The notes under the pieces were generated by a model, which was not told the origin of the DNA, did no database searches, and was given only the letters and a program-made list of their open reading frames with translations. Made by a program: the position numbers and the translations under genes. From the NCBI GenBank assembly GCA_963832745.1, contig CAWHVC010000001.1, forward strand, positions 719,555 to 783,554: a stretch of 64,000 nucleotides of DNA, written 5' to 3'. Positions 1-9,883 of this stretch are shown in pieces (the first letter of the stretch is position 1; the number at the start of each line of letters is the position of its first letter). The DNA is from Candidatus Bathyarchaeota archaeon (GTDB taxonomy: Archaea > Thermoproteota > Bathyarchaeia > Bathyarchaeales > Bathycorpusculaceae).

Positions 1-56
1 TGCGTCACTATGAGTCGTTTGGCGTCATAAATAGTCAACAGAATTTAACTTACTTA

Positions 57-88
57 AAAAATGAAAAGAAGAGAGCGTTTAACTCTCT
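57..88 (-). terminator. Putative terminator downstream of hcp
   Basis: AGAGAG-N7-CTCTCT hairpin (70-88) followed on the minus strand by T-rich tracts just after the hcp stop. Confidence 0.35.
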
Positions 89-96
89 GCGCCTGT

Positions 97-1714
97 TTAT
101 TTCATGATGGCTTTTAGATCTTCGTCTGCAGTGGCGATTGGCATGATGTTGAATTTCTCAACCAGAACTTTGAGGATGTTTGGCGTGATAAATGCGGGTA
201 GGCTTGGTCCGATGCGTATGTCTTTTATGCCCAAGTACAGCAGCGATAGGAGTATGGCTACCGCTTTTTGTTCATACCATGACAACACAATCGAAAGTGG
301 CAGGTCATTAACGCCAACATGGAATGCGTCAGCTAAAGCTTGAGCGATTTTTACTGCAGAGTACGCGTCATTGCATTGACCGATATCGAGCAGTCGCGGA
401 ATTTCGTCGATTGTGCCAAGGTCTTTGTCGAAGAATCGGAATTTGCCGCATGCCAATGTGAGGATTACTGTGTTTTTTGGTGCCTTTTCTACGAGTTCCG
501 TGTAGTAGCCTCTGGAGCCTTTTGCGCCGTCACATCCACCGACGAGCAGGAACTTTTTGATGTGTCCATCTTTTACGCTTTGAATCACCTTGTCAGCGAC
601 GCTTAAGACTGCATTTCTGCCGAATCCGACCATGACGGTTTTGCCTTCGGTGTCAGCTGGGAAACCAGGCATTTCAAGAGCTTTCTGAATGACTTGCGAG
701 AAGTCACTGTTTTCGATGTGTTTGACCCCTGGCCAACCTACTGGTCCAGCGGTGAAGATATTGCTGCTGTAGCTGTCCATGGGTTTTTGGATGCAGTTTG
801 TAGTCATCACTATTGGGCCTGGGAACTGAGCGAATTCTTTTTGTTGGTTAAACCATGCTGTGCCGTAGTGTCCGTAGAAGTGTGGGTAAGCTTTGAGTTT
901 GGGGTAACCGTGGGTTGGAAGCATTTCGCCGTGAGTGTAAACGTAGATTCCTTTGCCTTCTGATTGCTTGAGAATTTCTTCGAGGTCGGCAAGGTCGTGT
1001 CCTGAAACAAGAATCGCTTTGCCCTTCTTTGCGCCCAGCGGCACTTTTGTTGGGATTGGATGACCATAAGTTTCTGTGTTGCCGGCGTCAAGTAGTTCCA
1101 TGGCGCGAATGTTGACTTCTCCGCACTTGAAAACTAAGCCTACAAAATCGTTAACGCCAAGGGACTTGTCTAAGGGGGCTGCTAAGCCTTGATAAATAAA
1201 GTTGAAGACTGCTTCATCCTTCTTGCCCAAAATGTAAGCGTGATACGCGTAAGCGGCGACTCCTTTTAATCCGTAGGTTAGAAGCCACTGTAGTGAATGC
1301 AGGTCAGGGTCAATGGTTGTGTTAGCGTTTATTCCAACTTTTTTGCCCTGAGCAATTAAGCCCTCCATTGAAGCGTTCAACTGGCTGAAATGCTGTTTCT
1401 ATTTTGAGTTGCTTTTCAACTTGTCCCTGAAGTTCCTCAGACTCTCTTAGATACTTAACTATCGAGTCGGGATCAAAATTTACGTTAGTCAGCGTTACAA
1501 ATAGAGCTTCGGCGATGAAAACGTCGATTTTTTCGTCTTTGAAACCAGATTCTTTTGCTTTATTCATAAGCTGGCTTAATTCGCGTAGCTTGTAAACCAA
1601 AAGGTCTTGGAGTGTGGCTACCTGCGGGTTTTTGCCGCACACACCCATAATGGTGCAGCCTTGTCCTTTGGCTGTTTGTTCACATTGGTAACAGAACATT
1701 TGATTTTGGCTCAT
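97..1714 (-). CDS. hcp: Hybrid cluster protein (hydroxylamine reductase), split by one frameshift near 1381
   Basis: N-terminal MFCYQCEQTAKGQGCTIMGVCGK motif in ORF 1322..1714; rest (SGHDL, THGEMLP, GGCDG, GQCNDAYS, SWYEQKAV) in ORF 97..1380; removing one base near 1381 joins them. Confidence 0.95.
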
Positions 1715-1830
1715 TAATAATCACTGAAAATAATATAGGTGATTTTTGTAGATAGATATTTCCCCTTACTAGTATGGGATTAGGTTTTTTTGGAAAAATT
1801 AACAAGCCAGACTGCACTTCTTTTTCCAAC

Positions 1831-2529
1831 ATGAAACGATTAGGAATAATCATTCCATCATCAAACACAACAGTCGAACCCGAATTCTCCAAAACCCTGC
1901 AAAGTTTTGATGTTACACTACATTTTGCAAGAATTCACCTAAACAACGTTACTGTAAAAGACCTACAAGACATGGAAAAAGAAACAGAGACAGCCACCAA
2001 ACTCTTGAGTGATGCCGCAGTCGACCTAATCGTGTTTGCCTGCACATCCGGCAGTCTCATCAACGGGTTAGGTTATGACAAAGCTATTGCAGAAAAAATA
2101 GCCAAAACTGCCGGGTGTCCAGCAGTTACAACTTCGAGCGCTGTAATTGACGCGTTAAACGCTTTGAAAGTCCAAAAGATTGCTTTAGCAACGCCCTACA
2201 TTGCTGAAGTTGCCGAAAAAGAGGCAGATTTTCTTACAAAAAACGGTTTTACCATAGTAAACCACCAATCTTTGGGTATTAAAGAAAACCTGAAAATTGG
2301 CAAACTTGATCCAAACGACGCTCAAAAACTTACTCAAAAAGCCGATTCCCCGCTTGCCCAAGCCGTCTTCATTAGCTGCACAAACTTCCAAACATTTGAG
2401 ACGCTGCCATTTCTTGAAGCGCAACTTAACAAGCCTGTAGTCAGCAGCAACTCCGCTACGCTTTGGGCAGCTCTAGGAATGCTAAAAGTGACTGTGCAGG
2501 TTAATCTTGGTAGGCTGTTTAAGGTTTAG
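1831..2529 (+). CDS. Maleate cis-trans isomerase / Asp-Glu racemase family protein
   Basis: GIIIPSSNTTVEPEF, ACTSGS, ISCTNF, PVVSSNSA motifs; start moved to ATG 1831. Confidence 0.85.
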   Translation: MKRLGIIIPSSNTTVEPEFSKTLQSFDVTLHFARIHLNNVTVKDLQDMEKETETATKLLSDAAVDLIVFACTSGSLINGLGYDKAIAEKIAKTAGCPAVTTSSAVIDALNALKVQKIALATPYIAEVAEKEADFLTKNGFTIVNHQSLGIKENLKIGKLDPNDAQKLTQKADSPLAQAVFISCTNFQTFETLPFLEAQLNKPVVSSNSATLWAALGMLKVTVQVNLGRLFKV

Positions 2530-3155
2530 AGTTCTTCTTTAAAGTAGTGCTCCAGAAGTCTACGGGTACCTCGGCGCATTATTTCTGAAAGCGTCGCTGG
2601 GCTAATGCCAAGTTTTTTGGCGAGTTGGGTCATGTCTACCTGTCTTGGGTAATCAAAAAAGCCGCTTTTTAGCGCAAGCCAGAAAATGCGTTCCTGATTT
2701 TCGGTTAAGATACCTATTTGCTGTTCGAATTTACCAATTTTACGCACGTATACTTTGTGACCAGTTTTTTCCAGCTCTGCAAGGATGGCTTGGTAGGCTT
2801 CAAAAGTGGGAACCATAAAACTGTAAGTTATCATGTTGTCTTCCAAGCTTTTGCCGGAAACCAAGAAAGCGTCGTGAGCCAGAATAGCGTTACAAACTTC
2901 ACAGCCTTCACTTTCCATCCAAACTGCCGACTTGTTTTCCACACGTTTATGCGTGACGAGTTCTTTAGGCACCTTTTTGGCTTGCTCCTCGCCTATGTCC
3001 ATTAAATGTTTAACTGAGCCTTTGGTTGAGCTGCGTACATCTACAACTTTTAGGTGCTTTAAACCTAAGGCGGTAAGTTTTTTGACCATTTTGCATTGTT
3101 TGTTTTCAACCTCAAGTACAACATGGTATGGTTCACGCCAAGCAGACGACATCAA
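2526..3155 (-). CDS. Bat-like (HTH_10) transcriptional regulator
   Basis: C-terminal LTENQERIFWLALKSGFFDYPRQVDMTQLAKKLGISPATLSEIMRR. Confidence 0.85.
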   Translation of the reverse strand: MMSSAWREPYHVVLEVENKQCKMVKKLTALGLKHLKVVDVRSSTKGSVKHLMDIGEEQAKKVPKELVTHKRVENKSAVWMESEGCEVCNAILAHDAFLVSGKSLEDNMITYSFMVPTFEAYQAILAELEKTGHKVYVRKIGKFEQQIGILTENQERIFWLALKSGFFDYPRQVDMTQLAKKLGISPATLSEIMRRGTRRLLEHYFKEEL

Positions 3156-3214
3156 ATCAACCCTTACAATTTAGGGTTACATAGATAGCCATAGTTAAAA
3201 TTGTTTATAAAAAA

Positions 3215-4366
3215 TTAGGAAAAAACGTTTAGGTTATTGGTGCGGGTCTTTCTCCCAACACAACCGTGGCATGTATTGCTTACATTATCTCTCATAACCG
3301 TTACTTCCACGCTTTGACCCGGCAAAGTTTTTTCTTCAAGATAACTTGCTAAATCGTCATTGTTTTTGATTTTAACATCGTTTAAGGCTATGATTATGTC
3401 GCCGACTTGAAGCTTGCCATCTGAGGGGCCACCGTTAACAACTAAATTGACTCGCCAGCCATACGTAACGCTTGAACCAATCTCTTGAGCTACGCCGTAA
3501 TTCATATCATTGCCATTTATTCCTAAATAAGAGTGACCCGTGTATGTGCCTGTTGTTATCAAAGCACCAATTTCTCTAAGAATCGTGTTTGAAGGAATCG
3601 CAAAAGCTAATCCCTGTGAATCAGAAACAACCGCCGTCGTCACACCTATAACTTCGCCAGCCGCATTTAACATTGGACCGCCAGAGTTGCCTGGATTAAT
3701 TGGCGTGCTGGTTTGGATAATGTTTGCAATAGAAAAACGGTTTGATGTATCTTCATTAATGGACCTGCCAAGTGCACTGATAACACCTGTAGTTAAAGAG
3801 CCCACAAGCCCATAGGGGTTTCCAATCGCGATTACCTGTTCACCAACACGTAGAGTGGATGAACTTGCTATTTGAAGAGGCTTAAATTCTTCTGTTGGAG
3901 CGTTAACGGAGACTATTGCAAGATCTGCGTATGGGTCTGATCCAAGAACAGTTGCTGAGTAACCGTTGCCGTTTTGGAATGTGACACTTAACTGATCTGT
4001 TCCTTGAACAACATGATAATTGGTGATTACAACGTTACGTCCTTGATAATTGTAAACAAAACCTGAAGCTTGCACGGTTCCGTCACTGGTTGTTCCTTGA
4101 ACCAAAACCACTGAATCTTTAACTTGCTGGTACAATTCGGCAAGCGAGGTGCCATTCTGGTAGATTGTAATGTTTTGGTAAGTTGCATTCTGAAAACCCT
4201 GCAGTTCAGAAACCTGCGCCTGTAAACCTGAAACTTGAGCCTCTAAACCGCTTGTATCGCTTATTGTTACGAAAAATATTGTAATTCCGCCGACAAGTAT
4301 TCCTGCAACAAAAAGCATAATGAGTAAACTTGTCATCGCTTTATTGTGACCCTTAATTAGACTCAT
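3215..4366 (-). CDS. Membrane-anchored HtrA/DegP-like serine protease with PDZ domain; C-terminus probably frameshifted near 3277 (alternative end 3229)
   Basis: N-terminal TM, ITNYHVV, DLAIV, PINPGNSGGP; +1 frame after 3277 gives a typical PDZ end ATVVLGERPAPIT*. Confidence 0.9.
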   Translation of the reverse strand: MSLIKGHNKAMTSLLIMLFVAGILVGGITIFFVTISDTSGLEAQVSGLQAQVSELQGFQNATYQNITIYQNGTSLAELYQQVKDSVVLVQGTTSDGTVQASGFVYNYQGRNVVITNYHVVQGTDQLSVTFQNGNGYSATVLGSDPYADLAIVSVNAPTEEFKPLQIASSSTLRVGEQVIAIGNPYGLVGSLTTGVISALGRSINEDTSNRFSIANIIQTSTPINPGNSGGPMLNAAGEVIGVTTAVVSDSQGLAFAIPSNTILREIGALITTGTYTGHSYLGINGNDMNYGVAQEIGSSVTYGWRVNLVVNGGPSDGKLQVGDIIIALNDVKIKNNDDLASYLEEKTLPGQSVEVTVMRDNVSNTCHGCVGRKTRTNNLNVFS

Positions 4367-4416
4367 GTAAGTACCCTTCTAAAAAACAAGTAAAAAGATA
4401 GAGAAATAAAAGTTTG

Positions 4417-5421
4417 CTATTGACGTCTATCGATAATATCCAGCGCGTCAGGACCTGTACCTATCAATGTAACGGGCACGCCGGTTCTTGTTTCAACTTC
4501 TTTAACGAAATCTTTAGCTTCAACCGGCAAGTCTTCAAACTTACGAACGGCATTACATTTTGGGAATAAGCAGTCAAGTTTTGTAAGCGCCGCCTGAGTT
4601 GCCCCGTTAATTCTGGCTGTTTTCTTTGCTAAATCAAAATCAAACGGTGCACTGCGTCGGTCTCTACCGGTGCCTGCTGCAGTTTCAAACCAGCCACGTT
4701 TTACGGCTTCTTCTTTGCTGATTTCGCCTGGCAACGGTCCGCCGCCAACGCGGGTAATAAAAGATTTGTAAACAATCATTACATCATCGACTCTTGTTGG
4801 GCCTACGCCTGCTTCTGAAGCTATTGCGGATGCACCTGTGTCTCTACCTGTAACGTATGGGTAGTCGCCGCTTAGGAACAGTGACAACATAAAGCCTTGA
4901 GTACCTTCAAGCAACACGTTTTTGCCTGCGTCTAAGCCGTCGTTTACTTCTGCTATGCCGTCAGTAATGAACGGTTTGAGTTCTGGAATGTCTTTTGCAA
5001 GTTTAGCGGTTCTTCTAACGCGTTCTTCTAAGGCTGGCCCGACTCCCCAACCGGTTGTGCCGATGCCCTTGTTAACGGCACTGGCTTTGTCTTGCATGCT
5101 GTGTTTTTCTTCGATAATTGAAGCCATCTGGTCGATGCCTATTCGGCTTTTGTCAACTTGAGTTAATTCGAGTTCTTTAAAGAATTGGCCGACATGCACG
5201 TTCGCGCCTGCAGAAATCAGGAGCCGACATTTCGCATAAATGAAGCCTGCTGGAACCATGTGCAGAGCATATTTTTTGCCTTCATGCCAAACTGTGTGTG
5301 CCGCATTGACCGAACCTGTGCGGACGCAAAAGTCAAGCTTGTCTTTAAGTGCTAAGTACGAAATTATTTTTCCTTTGCCTTCGTCTCCCCAGAAGGCACC
5401 TACAATAACCGTGCAAGGCAT
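4417..5421 (-). CDS. purA: Adenylosuccinate synthetase (short archaeal type)
   Basis: GAFWGDEGKGK, LLEGTQG, YPYVT, LTKLD, IGTGP motifs; 334 aa. Confidence 0.95.
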   Translation of the reverse strand: MPCTVIVGAFWGDEGKGKIISYLALKDKLDFCVRTGSVNAAHTVWHEGKKYALHMVPAGFIYAKCRLLISAGANVHVGQFFKELELTQVDKSRIGIDQMASIIEEKHSMQDKASAVNKGIGTTGWGVGPALEERVRRTAKLAKDIPELKPFITDGIAEVNDGLDAGKNVLLEGTQGFMLSLFLSGDYPYVTGRDTGASAIASEAGVGPTRVDDVMIVYKSFITRVGGGPLPGEISKEEAVKRGWFETAAGTGRDRRSAPFDFDLAKKTARINGATQAALTKLDCLFPKCNAVRKFEDLPVEAKDFVKEVETRTGVPVTLIGTGPDALDIIDRRQ

Positions 5422-5486
5422 AACAATTCACCTTTGAAAGGTTCACTTATGAATTATTTAAAACTGTTGGAGCAACAATTATGACG

Positions 5487-5864
5487 TTAACGTCTGGCTT
5501 TTGCTTCTGCATCTATAACTTCTAAAAGTTTGATTACAGCTTTGCCTTTCGCTTCTTTTTCTTCAGAGGTTATTGTGGATTTTTCGGGACAAATATCATC
5601 AATTATTACACCTGTTTCTTCATCTAAAATCACGGGGTAAACGCCACAACCTGCAGGCTTATCATTGTAAACGCTGCATTGACGTTTTTCTAAATCGTAA
5701 AAGACACAGTAGCCATTGCGGTTTTTGAGCTGCGCGTATCCTTGTTTGTCGATTTTCATGAAGTATTTTTTGTGGAACCCTTTTTTCTCTAAACGTTTGA
5801 TATCCTCGTTTGATAGCAGCATTTCTGTTTCTGTGCAGCAGATTCCGCAATGTGAACAATGCAT
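5487..5864 (-). CDS. YkgJ family (CxxCxxCC) Zn/Fe-chelating protein
   Basis: CSHCGICC, CVFYD...CSVYNDKPAGCGVYP. Confidence 0.85.
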   Translation of the reverse strand: MHCSHCGICCTETEMLLSNEDIKRLEKKGFHKKYFMKIDKQGYAQLKNRNGYCVFYDLEKRQCSVYNDKPAGCGVYPVILDEETGVIIDDICPEKSTITSEEKEAKGKAVIKLLEVIDAEAKARR

Positions 5865-5914
5865 AAACCTAAATTATTAAAAGGTTATTTTAGCCTTTAT
5901 CCGGAGCCGGCAGT

Positions 5915-6154
5915 TTAGCTTTGTACCAGCATAATGTTTCGGTTAAGCATCTCGGCGTATGCAACGGTTCTTAATGGGATTCTTTCACTGTTAAGGTTTC
6001 CAAACGGAATATATTCTAACAGGTTTGCTTTACCCAATTCAGCTTTTTTGATGGCAGTTAATTGAACGTTTACTATTACTGCGCCGTCTTTTAGGTGTAG
6101 GTTGACGTTTTTTCCGATGTAGGATTTTGCACTGTTTAAACTAAAATTTTCCAT
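5915..6154 (-). CDS. Hypothetical protein, possible Sm/LSm-like fold
   Basis: SYIGKNVNLHLKDGAVIVNVQL resembles the Sm1 motif; likely start MENFSLN at 6154. Confidence 0.55.
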   Translation of the reverse strand: MENFSLNSAKSYIGKNVNLHLKDGAVIVNVQLTAIKKAELGKANLLEYIPFGNLNSERIPLRTVAYAEMLNRNIMLVQS

Positions 6155-6161
6155 GCTTTGG

Positions 6162-6311
6162 TCACCATTCATTGTCTTGATCGGCGATTTTGCTCCAGCA
6201 GTGCTCGCAGATTGGGATTATTTCTCCTTTAAATTGAATGTATAATTTAATTTGTTCACTTTGGCAGGTTTCTTCCCACGGGTTTTTGCAATGTTCAATG
6301 TGATGTTCCAT
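6162..6311 (-). CDS. Small 49-aa Cys4 zinc-finger-like protein (absent from ORF track)
   Basis: MEHHIEHCKNPWEETCQSEQIKLYIQFKGEIIPICEHCWSKIADQDNEW*, preceded by TGAGGA SD-like sequence. Confidence 0.7.
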   Translation of the reverse strand: MEHHIEHCKNPWEETCQSEQIKLYIQFKGEIIPICEHCWSKIADQDNEW

Positions 6312-6444
6312 GATTTTGTTCCTCAAAAACTGCTATGTCGCTTTTTTGCTTTTAAATGGGCTGTTTGAACTGATAATATCGACTGGGGAGAGGTGAGTTA
6401 AAGTAAAACAGTGTGAATTATAATTTTAGAGGTATTGAATTTTT

Positions 6445-6873
6445 ATGGATTATTATTTTTTAGCGGCAACTGTTACCTTCGCTGTGCAGATTGTAGTTTT
6501 AGCCATGTTAATAGTTGGGTTTGGCTTAGAACGGCAGAAACGTTTTCGTCAACATGGATTTTTAATGGTGGCAGCTGTAATTTTGCATTTAATTACTATA
6601 TTGGTAGTGATGGTTCCTGCTCTTGGCGTTATCGAATTTACGTTTACGGGTCTACCAGTAACCGTCGTTGCTTTCTCGGCTGCTCATGCAGTTATTGGTT
6701 TAACCGCTCTAATGTTGGGCATCTGGCTTTCCGCTTCATGGCGACTTCGTCAGTCCCTGCAGTATTGCGCTCCCAAAAAAATTCCAATGCTCGTGACCTT
6801 CACAATTTGGATAATTGCTCTCGTAATGGGTATAACCTTGTTTTTTATGCTCTATTTGCCCCTCATGGCTTAA
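6445..6873 (+). CDS. DUF420-like four-helix membrane protein
   Basis: Four hydrophobic segments with spaced His residues (QHGFLM, ILHL, AAHAVIG); GAGGT SD upstream. Confidence 0.65.
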   Translation: MDYYFLAATVTFAVQIVVLAMLIVGFGLERQKRFRQHGFLMVAAVILHLITILVVMVPALGVIEFTFTGLPVTVVAFSAAHAVIGLTALMLGIWLSASWRLRQSLQYCAPKKIPMLVTFTIWIIALVMGITLFFMLYLPLMA

Positions 6874-6883
6874 CGCCTAAGGG

Positions 6884-7441
6884 TTAAATGTTAATTATTT
6901 CGGGGGTAATGCTGTCTTTTGTAATTTTTAGCAATGCAACAGTCGGCTTGTTTAGCAGGGACGAAGGGCTAGTGGGGCTTCCGGGATTAATGTAAAGTGT
7001 TTTTCCTTCCCATTTGATGTTAGCGTTATGCGTGTGCCCATAAACCAGTACGTCAAACCCGTTTTCTTTTGTTAACTCCCGCATTTTGTCCATGCCTGAC
7101 ATCGTATCTGGGTCATGTATTACCCCGATTTTTCTATCAAAAATTTTCAATGAATTCAGGTTTGGCAGGATTTCTTTAGTTTCTGGACCATCCATATTGC
7201 CGTGGACAGCTAAAACTGGTGCAATCTGTTCAAGTTCTTCAATTACTGATAACTCGACTAGGTCTCCTGCATGAATAATGAAGTCAACGTTTTCAAAACT
7301 GGTGAAGACTTCTTTTGGAAGACTGTTTGCTCTTGACGGAATATGTGTGTCTGAAATTAAACCGATAGTTTTTGTGGCTGTCGCATTAGCCATCTCTTTA
7401 GACACCATTGTTTGTTCGCTAGTCAACTGTCTGGTCCTCAA
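6884..7441 (-). CDS. YfcE/MJ0936-family metallophosphoesterase
   Basis: ISDTH, HAGD, HGNMD, GHTH, INPGS. Confidence 0.9.
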   Translation of the reverse strand: MRTRQLTSEQTMVSKEMANATATKTIGLISDTHIPSRANSLPKEVFTSFENVDFIIHAGDLVELSVIEELEQIAPVLAVHGNMDGPETKEILPNLNSLKIFDRKIGVIHDPDTMSGMDKMRELTKENGFDVLVYGHTHNANIKWEGKTLYINPGSPTSPSSLLNKPTVALLKITKDSITPEIINI

Positions 7442-7529
7442 GCAATCGTTTAAACTGTATTTACCCTTATATGGATTCTAGTAAATGGGTATTTGATTTT
7501 AAGCTTAATCATCAAAAACAGCTTATTAC

Positions 7530-7850
7530 TCCATAAATCACGTATTTACCGCAAACTTAAATGCAAATCTTGTTGACGACAAAATCTACTCAATCGGTGG
7601 AATAAAATCGTTAAACAGTCATAGCGACCTAACAAGTGTTAACGCCCCTCAAATCTATGACCCGCAAACCGACACTTGACTACACCAGAAACTATTCCGA
7701 CACCTGTAAATGCGCCAGCATGTATCAGTAGGACATCAAGTGATTCACCGAAAATTTATGTTCTAGGCGGCAGCAGTACAGGTTTCAAAACAACATACAA
7801 CTTAACACAAATTTATGATGTAAACGCAAACTCGTTGACGTCTTCAATTC
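7530..7850 (+). pseudogene. Kelch-repeat protein fragment
   Basis: ANLVDDKIYSIGG...QIYDPQTDT then, after a one-base deletion in a TGG codon at ~7678, TIPTPV...KIYVLGG...LTQIYDV; no start or full-length frame. Confidence 0.7.
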
Positions 7851-7952
7851 TTTAGCCATTCTAAATCCTAATTTCTTTTTTGTCTCCTGTCATTTTTGGT
7901 TGCTTTAAACAATTTATTAATATAAGTGCGTTATAACAAACTGCGATAATTC

Positions 7953-8309
7953 ATGGACCCGCAATGCGAAGTAATCGGCAAAATTGTGCTTCCAATCTTC
8001 AGGTCAATGCTTGCCAAAGAACTTGTACAAAAATATCACCTGTCGCAAACGCAAACCGCCAAAAAACTTGGCACAACACAAGCCGCAGTAAGCCAGTATC
8101 TTAGCAGTAAAAGGGCATACAAGGGCATGGAGCAGGCTGAAGAGTTTTTGCCTAAAATTCAGGTGATGGCTCAAGAAACCGCCAAAAAACTGGTTAATAA
8201 TGAAATTAAATCGACTGAAGTAACAGCTGATTTTTGCGGGTTATGCTCAACTTTTTGCCGAAAAAAAACGCCAGTTGACAGTGCTCCTAACCTTGAGTAC
8301 TATATTTGA
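7953..8309 (+). CDS. HTH transcriptional regulator with Cys motifs (COG2522-like)
   Basis: PQCE...LPIFRSMLAKELV...SQTQTAKKLGTTQAAVSQYLSSKR; C-terminal FCGLCSTFC. Confidence 0.8.
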   Translation: MDPQCEVIGKIVLPIFRSMLAKELVQKYHLSQTQTAKKLGTTQAAVSQYLSSKRAYKGMEQAEEFLPKIQVMAQETAKKLVNNEIKSTEVTADFCGLCSTFCRKKTPVDSAPNLEYYI

Positions 8310-8384
8310 ACTTCTTAGTTTATTTAGACTATATTAGTCAGCATCAAAAATAACCAAGCACTTTTCAGTTTAGGAGAAGACAAA

Positions 8385-8678
8385 ATGTCAAAGCTACAAT
8401 TGATAGTTTTAGAGCCCCATGCCATCAGTAGTAAACCTTCGCAAAAAGAATCCGCAAACCAGCAAACCGTCAAAGTTAAGCTTGAATGCCCAAGATGTTA
8501 CTGGATTTTTGAAACCCAAATACCAGACGGTAAACATCCAGAACACACATACAAAAAACAAGAAACCAATCCTGCCCTTGGCGACGTTATTGAAGAGCCT
8601 CGAGTCTGTAGAAACCCAAAATGCAACAAACACTTCACCATCTACTGGTGCAAAAGCGGGGTCACCAGCAAAGTCTAA
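8385..8678 (+). CDS. Small zinc-ribbon protein
   Basis: CPRC and CRNPKC pairs; AGGAG SD upstream. Confidence 0.6.
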   Translation: MSKLQLIVLEPHAISSKPSQKESANQQTVKVKLECPRCYWIFETQIPDGKHPEHTYKKQETNPALGDVIEEPRVCRNPKCNKHFTIYWCKSGVTSKV

Positions 8679-9005
8679 AAACAGTGTTTTTTTAACAGTT
8701 TAATCCTGTTATCAGATTAGTCTTCAACCAAATGTATTTGTCCTCATACCAATTTTTTGGGTTTTAACATGCTTTTTTCTTGTTTTTTAACCATTTGGAT
8801 TTAATCCTTAGGATTTTCTGAAAAAAGCTGGTTTTACTCCTACCCACTTAGGTTTCTGCAATGAATTTCTAATAGGCTTCAAATAACAGGCAATCAATGG
8901 CAAATTCATGTTTATACTATTGTAACTATTTAGATTTGAATAAATAATCTATAGACAACTCTTATTTAATATAGAAGCGCTTGCAGGGTTCAAAGTGAAA
9001 AACAA

Positions 9006-9845
9006 ATGAACCAAAAAACTTGGCGCCAACCAGCCACCCTAATCATCGTAGCAACAGCCGTAAACGCTGCCCTCTACGCAGTAGGCTCCCTAACAACCGC
9101 ATACATCCCTTCACCATGGGGCATAGGACAATTCCGCCCAGCAGTGGTTATTCCAAGCTTTTTTGCCATAATTTTTGGTCCATGGACAGGAGGCTTAGGC
9201 GCTGCTTTAGGAACATTGATAGCGGATTCAATTAAGCATGGTGGAATTTACCCGGGAAGCCTGCTTTCAGCGGTGCCAGGCAACTTTATCGGCTTCTTCA
9301 TAATGGGCTATTTTCTAAGAAAAAAATTCACTTGGTCCAGATTCATAACATGGACAAACATTTCACTGCTAGTCGCTAACTCTGTAGTGGCATTCTTGTA
9401 CGTGTACATTTACAAGTTTCTTTACGCTCAAACTTCAACGTTCATTCAAGCATCTAACGACACATTAATTGTACTATCAGCGGGACTTACAATATTTTGG
9501 TTTGTAACTATGCTACCTTTTGTACTCATTGTTACGCCGCCGCTACTGGCTATTATCACCAAAGCGTTCCCTTCGATCGTTTCGCCGGAAATCAAAGAAG
9601 CAGGAATAAAGCCAATACCCAAACGCCTCTTAGGAACGTCAATGCTTGCACCCGGCATAATCATGATACTAATCGGGTTAGCCATCACTTTCACGCCACT
9701 GAACAGTTACATGTCAACTAACATGGTAGCAAGTTACTTGCCTATTACAACGCTTAACCTGATTCAACTGTTACTGTACGCGGGCGGCTCAGTTCTTGCA
9801 TTATTAGGCGCCGTTTTGTTTGTTAAGAAAAGCAGTATAACATAA
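9006..9845 (+). CDS. ECF transporter S-component-like membrane protein
   Basis: GQFRPAVVIPSFFAIIFGPWTGGLGAALGTLIAD signature; multiple TM helices. Confidence 0.7.
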   Translation: MNQKTWRQPATLIIVATAVNAALYAVGSLTTAYIPSPWGIGQFRPAVVIPSFFAIIFGPWTGGLGAALGTLIADSIKHGGIYPGSLLSAVPGNFIGFFIMGYFLRKKFTWSRFITWTNISLLVANSVVAFLYVYIYKFLYAQTSTFIQASNDTLIVLSAGLTIFWFVTMLPFVLIVTPPLLAIITKAFPSIVSPEIKEAGIKPIPKRLLGTSMLAPGIIMILIGLAITFTPLNSYMSTNMVASYLPITTLNLIQLLLYAGGSVLALLGAVLFVKKSSIT

Positions 9846-9883
9846 AGAGGTTAGTGCAGGCAAACTGCCGCTCACTTTTTCTT

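Noticed and set aside
1370-1390. Programmed frameshift in hcp
   Set aside because: No slippery heptamer or stimulatory hairpin at the junction; indel error or mutation is simpler
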